Made by a program: the position numbers and the translations under genes. DNA of 64,000 nucleotides from Candidatus Moanibacter sp. (GTDB lineage Bacteria > Verrucomicrobiota > Verrucomicrobiia > Opitutales > UBA2987), in contig CBDCEW010000081.1 of the NCBI GenBank assembly GCA_965215885.1, forward strand, positions 12,527-76,526. The letters are read 5' to 3'. Positions 59,158 through 64,000 of this stretch are shown one piece after another. A model generated the notes under the pieces. It was not told the DNA's origin, did no database searches, and was given only the letters and a program-made list of their open reading frames with translations. Positions within the stretch are counted from its first letter, which is position 1. Each line of letters opens with the position of its first letter.

Positions 59158-59246
59158 GGCTGCGACATGACAGAAGGGCAGTTTTCTCTGATAGTGTCAA
59201 ACGATTGGTCCTGCGTTTAGCAGATCCGGTTGGAGTCTGACGCATT

Positions 59247-60401
59247 TTAGCGGGACACAACGCGGGCCCCATCACCCGGTTTGGTTTGGAATACTTGGGG
59301 CGCAGATCCGAATTTCCTGGCATAACTCTCCTTTATGGCCTCCCCATATTCGGAAAGGGCGGGATCGTCGTCCGTCAGCGCCATTACCGCTCCGCCGAAC
59401 CCTCCTCCGGTAAGGCGCGCTCCATAGACTCCGGGCAGGGGCGCAAGAAGTTCGACAAGCGCATCGAGCTCGGCACAACTGTTTTGAAAGAGGGTTCGCG
59501 AACTCTCATGCGAGGCATTGAGCAGCTGACCGATATTATCCAGATCTCCCCGCTCGAGTGCCCTAACCGTCTCTTCCACCCGAGCATTTTCCTCCGTCAC
59601 ATGAAGAGCCCGCCGGTAGCGAGTCTCGCCAAGTTTCACTCTTTTATCATGGACGACGGAAGATGAGACGTGGGCCAGGCAGGTCGCTTCCGGTTGCGCT
59701 TCGTTGAGGATTGCAAATGCTTCCCGGCATTCACGATGCCTCTCGGCGTACTTTGAATCGATCAATGTGTGCTTCGTCCCCGAATCGAAAATCCAGAATT
59801 GACAGCGAGCCGGCAGCGGAAGTTGGGTAAACGTTTCGGACAGGCAGTCGATGTGAACGAGGTGATCGGATCCTCCAAAGGCGGATACGCCCTGATCGAG
59901 AATCCCACAGGGGACGCCGACAAATTCATTCTCGGCCTTTCGGCAGAGTGTGACAATCCGCTTCCGCTCCAATTCAACTCCATTTAGAGCGAGGATTCCA
60001 AACGCTGTCGCGAGTTCGAGGGCCGCACTGCTGCTCATTCCGGCTCCCACCGGAAGATCGCTTTCCGCGAGCAGATTGAATCCGCGGCGGACTGAAATTC
60101 CCATGTCCATCAGGACTTTCAGCACGCCGAGAGGATAATTGGCCCAGGCACTCGGGCCCTTCCGGGGCGTGACATGTTCGAGCGAAGTGACGACACTTCC
60201 CTCCATTGCCTCGCTTACGAGATGAATCTGATCGTCATCTCTCGCCGCAATGGCGACACTGATTCCGCGATCAATGGCTGCTCCAATTACGCTTCCCCCG
60301 TTGTAATCGGTGTGGTTCCCGATAAACTCGATACGTCCCGGGGCGCGGGTCTCGACTTCGGCATGGCGGCCGAAGGTTTGGTAAAATTGATCTCGTAGCA
60401 T
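59247..60401 (-). CDS. galK: Galactokinase
   Basis: APGRIEFIGNHTDYNGG, P.GAGMSSSAA, GV.CGILDQ and GARLTGGGFGG. Confidence 0.92.
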   Translation of the reverse strand: MLRDQFYQTFGRHAEVETRAPGRIEFIGNHTDYNGGSVIGAAIDRGISVAIAARDDDQIHLVSEAMEGSVVTSLEHVTPRKGPSAWANYPLGVLKVLMDMGISVRRGFNLLAESDLPVGAGMSSSAALELATAFGILALNGVELERKRIVTLCRKAENEFVGVPCGILDQGVSAFGGSDHLVHIDCLSETFTQLPLPARCQFWIFDSGTKHTLIDSKYAERHRECREAFAILNEAQPEATCLAHVSSSVVHDKRVKLGETRYRRALHVTEENARVEETVRALERGDLDNIGQLLNASHESSRTLFQNSCAELDALVELLAPLPGVYGARLTGGGFGGAVMALTDDDPALSEYGEAIKESYARKFGSAPQVFQTKPGDGARVVSR

Positions 60402-60412
60402 TGTATGGGGGA

Positions 60413-60435
60413 CAGCCTCAGAAACGCTAAACAGG
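60413..60435. repeat. Solo remnant of the carrier-element end
   Basis: CAGCCTCAGAAACGCTAAACAGG is the exact reverse complement of 5026-5048. Confidence 0.75.
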
Positions 60436-60550
60436 AAGCCCGGCTTGCCTGGATCAGGAATATGTCGGTGGTTGAATCCTCCGCAACGCACGCTCGTACC
60501 CGGAAAAGGTATAATCTCCGCGAATTCGGATAGCTTAGGCCGACAGATTC

Positions 60551-61747
60551 CTAGCGCAATCGATCCCTGAACTCCGTCACCACTTTCTTCTTGGTGCCCT
60601 CGGGGCGGTGCAGATCGTATAGATCCACGGGAACATAGGGATGTTTTGCAGCAGCTTCCTCATTAAAATCGATGCCGAGTCCCGGGCGATCGGGAATAGT
60701 CAGCCAGCCGTCCTCAACCGTCATTGGATTCGGGCAGACTTCAAATCGCCATGGCTCCGGAGGGAAGTGTTCGAGGACGAGGAAATTGGGAATGCAGGCG
60801 GCGAGTTGAACGGCGGCTGCGTAAGCGACCTCGCCGTTCGGGTTGTGGGGAGCGACGGCGACATAGTGAGCATCAGCGATGGCCGCGATCTTGCGGGCCT
60901 CCAAAATTCCGCCGCAGTGCGACATGTCCGGCTGAATAATGTCTGCGCCTCCGCGTTCCAATAACTGCTGAAAACTGAAGATGGTAAAGAGGCGTTCTCC
61001 GGTAGCGACCGGCATTCCGACTTTTCTCCGCACGTATGCCATGGCATCGAGATTTTCATGGGGAACCGGCTCTTCGATAAAGCTGATATTGTAAGGTTCG
61101 ATGGCCTTGGCGGCACGGATAGCATTTCCCGTGGTGTTAAAGATGCCGTTGCAGTCGATGAAAATTTCGATATCGGGACCAACTGCCTCTCGAACGGCGG
61201 CGACACCATCGGCTCCTACGTTGAGGACACTGTTATCCAGCCGATAAAAATCAATTCCCGGTCGCCGCCCCCATGGATTGAACTTGAGCCCTTTAACCCC
61301 AAGTTCGACCACATGCCGGGCAGCTTCCGCCAGTTCTTCAGGACTCATACCCTGTTCGTACCATGCGTTGGCGTAGAGCTGAATACGGTCGCGCGTTCGA
61401 CCTCCCAACAATTCGTAGACGGGGACGTCCAAGGCTTTTCCCTTGATATCCCATAGCGCCATCTCCAGACCGCTAATGGCGCTGGTCTGTACCTCGCCAC
61501 CGGCGTAATAGGCGCGCCTGTACAATTCCTGGAAATGCTTTTCGATGGCGAAGGGATCCTTCCCCACGAGATATCGCGACTGTTCGTGAACAGCGGTCTC
61601 CACGGTGGCGGATCTCCCTTCAAGGGTGGCTTCTCCGATCCCGTGAATCCCATCATCGGTTTCCACCTTGACAATGAGCCAATTGCACCTCCGTTCACTC
61701 CCGCCGACGAGGAAAGTTTTGATTTCTGTTATGCGCATCTTGGACAT
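60551..61747 (-). CDS. Mandelate racemase/enolase superfamily dehydratase (galactonate dehydratase-like)
   Basis: GIGEATLEG, ALWDIKGK...VPVYELLGG, FIEEP, ATGER, QPD..HCGG and APHNP. Confidence 0.88.
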   Translation of the reverse strand: MSKMRITEIKTFLVGGSERRCNWLIVKVETDDGIHGIGEATLEGRSATVETAVHEQSRYLVGKDPFAIEKHFQELYRRAYYAGGEVQTSAISGLEMALWDIKGKALDVPVYELLGGRTRDRIQLYANAWYEQGMSPEELAEAARHVVELGVKGLKFNPWGRRPGIDFYRLDNSVLNVGADGVAAVREAVGPDIEIFIDCNGIFNTTGNAIRAAKAIEPYNISFIEEPVPHENLDAMAYVRRKVGMPVATGERLFTIFSFQQLLERGGADIIQPDMSHCGGILEARKIAAIADAHYVAVAPHNPNGEVAYAAAVQLAACIPNFLVLEHFPPEPWRFEVCPNPMTVEDGWLTIPDRPGLGIDFNEEAAAKHPYVPVDLYDLHRPEGTKKKVVTEFRDRLR

Positions 61748-61760
61748 TGTAGTGTGGAGA

Positions 61761-61949
61761 GGTGTCAGGTTTCAGTGTTCAGGTGTCAGCAGCGGATTGA
61801 ACAGCGAACAGTACTCAGTTAACAGGGGAATGTGAATTATGGGCGAATAAGCAGGTCGCTTTGGTGCGAGGCATTCCTTCGAAATCGGCAGTGCACGAAG
61901 TCCCATGTTTGTCGAGTCCTGACACCTGACACCCGAAACCTGCCACACC
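61761..61949. repeat. Inverted clusters of heptamer-like GGTGTCA/TGACACC repeats
   Basis: GGTGTCAGGTTTCAGTGTTCAGGTGTCAG ... CTGACACCTGACACCCGAAACCTGCCACACC. Confidence 0.65.
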
Positions 61950-61981
61950 TCTCTTTCCACACCCTTCATTCCAACGTTCCA

Positions 61982-62818
61982 TTACTCCAGCCCCAATAGT
62001 TCCAAGGAGTTCCGATTGATGATTCCCTCGATAACCTCCTCTCTTATCCGGGGCAGATTTGTGCCTTCGACCTGCTCGTTTAGGCGCCGCATTTTATCCA
62101 TTCCCTCTTGTGGAGTCCAAGCAGGGAAATCCGATCCAAAGAGCAACTTGTCCGTAACGCTCCATTCCTGCATGAGGATAAAAGCTTCCCATGCCTGCCA
62201 GGGCCGCACCCAACCGGAACCCGAAACATCGGCGTAGACGTTCGGGTGTTTGCGTAGAACGATTGCGCAGTCGCGTTGCCAGGGGTGGGCCATGTGGGCA
62301 ATAACGAATTTCAAGTCCGGAAAGGCCTGGGCGATCTCATCCACGAGCAACGGCATGCTATACTTCAGCATGGCACGCGGGTTGGGTTGTGTTCCCATGT
62401 GAGAGAGAATGGGTAAACCCAATCGCTGGGCCTTTTCATACAGAGGGAAAATTGTAGGATCGACGGGATTGAAGTGCGCGAGCATCGGGTAGATTTTGAT
62501 TCCTTTCAGCCCCAATTCAATTCCCCTGTCGATTTCGTTGAGGTAGCCCTCCTCCATGGGATCGATTCCCATCAGGCCAATCAATTTTTCGGGAGCGTGT
62601 GCGACCCACTCGGCAGTGTAATCATTTGGAGTGACGAGACCGTGGTTAAGCGCGCGTATTCCGAAAACGATGGCTCGATCGACGGGCGCCATCCCCTCGA
62701 GATACGCCTCCGGAGTGAGTTGTTGCATGGGAGGGTAACCGGCCCGCTCATCGGCCTCTCGTGATTTTGCACTGACGTGTTGGGGTTGCAGACAGTGGGT
62801 GTGGACATCGACAATCAT
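61982..62818 (-). CDS. Amidohydrolase_2 family protein
   Basis: VDVHTH, LKGIKIYP, HMG, AHMAHPW, NVYADVS and KLLFGSDFP. Confidence 0.9.
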   Translation of the reverse strand: MIVDVHTHCLQPQHVSAKSREADERAGYPPMQQLTPEAYLEGMAPVDRAIVFGIRALNHGLVTPNDYTAEWVAHAPEKLIGLMGIDPMEEGYLNEIDRGIELGLKGIKIYPMLAHFNPVDPTIFPLYEKAQRLGLPILSHMGTQPNPRAMLKYSMPLLVDEIAQAFPDLKFVIAHMAHPWQRDCAIVLRKHPNVYADVSGSGWVRPWQAWEAFILMQEWSVTDKLLFGSDFPAWTPQEGMDKMRRLNEQVEGTNLPRIREEVIEGIINRNSLELLGLE

Positions 62819-62907
62819 GGCAGATTCTTCCGGAAATCAGGTTTTCGATCAAAAGAGGGTCAGTGGGGGTTGGCAAGGGTTTAAAGAATGGATCAGGTTT
62901 CCCTATA

Positions 62908-63071
62908 GAAGTTCGTAGTCGTAATCGTAGTCGAAGGTCGGCTAGTACTCTCGAATTTCGACTACGATTATGACGACGATTATGGTAGGGAAGGGTGCTT
63001 ATCCACTCGAAGTTCGTGGTCGCAATCGTAGTCGAAGGTCGGCTAGTACTCTCGAATTTCGACGACGATTA
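62908..63071. repeat. Two 63-bp palindromic direct repeats, period 101 bp
   Basis: GAAGTTCGTRGTCGYAATCGTAGTCGAAGGTCGGCTAGTACTCTCGAATTTCGACKACGATTA at 62908 and 63009. Confidence 0.85.
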
Positions 63072-63115
63072 GGATTGGGAGGATCTATTCGGTGCTTCCT
63101 TTTCTACAGATTGCT

Positions 63116-64000
63116 TCAAGTTGCCGGAAAATGTGCAGAATTTGATCGCGGGGAGGTGTCGTCCAACCGGTAGCCGACGGGACTGCGAATTAGAGTATTC
63201 CTAAAAATACCCTGCTCGAAAAGTAGCAGTTTCTCGATAGCGATAAAGCCATCAAGATTGTGGGGCATACTCACCAAGCTTGCAAGTGGCGAGTGAATCG
63301 CCCTCGCTCTATCCATGTCTCCTGCAGTGAGAGAATTCCAGAGGTCAGTCATCACCCACGGACACTCTCCGCCCGGCATCGTTCCGGAAACGCCGCGAAT
63401 GTAGGATTCGACGAGGGCGAGCCCACCCGAGCCTTCGAAGATCCTCGAGCGGCCGCCGGTTGCCTCTACCAGAGCTGATACTGTCGGGCCCAGCGGTTGA
63501 GCCTCTGGCTTGAACATTACACGATCGGGTGCGCTGGCGAAGAGGTCGGCTTGGCTCTGAATGGTAAGGGCAGCGCCTACGTAGCTGCTGGCATCCTGAA
63601 TGATAACCGGGAGCGAGATGGCGCTGAGAAGCTCCTCATAGTAGGCTCCTACTTGATCGGCGGGACACCTGGTCATGACAGGCGGAATGGCCATAACCGC
63701 GTCCGCGCCCAAATCTTCAGCAGTTCGAGCATGTCGCACAGCTTGAACCGTGCTCTCCGCTCCAACGCTGATAATGACGGGGCCTCTCTCTTTAGCGAAT
63801 GCGACCGTTCGCTCTGCCAACTCATCTCTCTCTGCATCAGTCAGTCGAAAAAATCTCACTGGCCAATGCGAGGACTACTCCTGTTACGCCATGATGAAAA
63901 TTCCAGTCGATCTCACGAACCAGAGTTTCGTAGTCGATCGACAGATCCTCGTGATAGGGGAGTTGAAGAACCGCCAGTACCCCATGGAATCGATCAAGAG
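63116..64000 (-). pseudogene. Dihydrodipicolinate synthase-family aldolase with several single-base frameshifts (runs off window end)
   Basis: LPYHEDLSIDYETL.REID...GVTGVVLALASE|FRLTDAER, GADAVMAIPP, IIQD, FKPE; frame breaks near 63980, 63850 and 63150. Confidence 0.75.

Noticed and set aside
62908..63071. Possible mini CRISPR array (repeat-38 bp-repeat)
   Set aside because: Only two units, 63 bp long, low-complexity, and no cas genes in the window.
1..64000. tRNA, rRNA, integron or anti-phage defence operon
   Set aside because: None recognisable by eye; only TA modules and remnants. A covariance-model or DefenseFinder scan was not possible.

Overview
Bacterial accessory/catabolic region of roughly 55% GC. 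The solute-binding protein type and the intergenic repeat styles suggest a PVC-group organism such as Verrucomicrobia, but this is inference only. The window encodes about 35 small-molecule and sugar catabolic enzymes: SDRs, Gfo/Idh/MocA oxidoreductases, four PhyH-type dioxygenases, five BNR/sialidase-fold proteins or domains, FAD oxidoreductases, rhamnulokinase/aldolase, hydantoinase A/B, an IlvD-type dehydratase, galactokinase, an enolase-superfamily dehydratase and amidohydrolases. It also carries toxin-antitoxin modules, seven insertion sequences, MITEs, several REP-like families and many pseudogenes. The most unusual structure is a ~260-bp palindromic non-autonomous element (5023-9631 once its insertions are included). 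Each of its two small hairpins has been hit at the same 11-bp site (GGTCTTGYGCC) by an unrelated IS, and its central 190 bp appears to have been inverted afterwards. A second, opposite-oriented copy of this carrier (about 24275-27311) has had its core replaced by the same two-ORF Mutator-like IS. Several genes survive only as fused N- and C-terminal ends. No rRNA, tRNA, CRISPR array, reverse transcriptase or integrase was seen. Family assignments come from motif recognition, not database searches.
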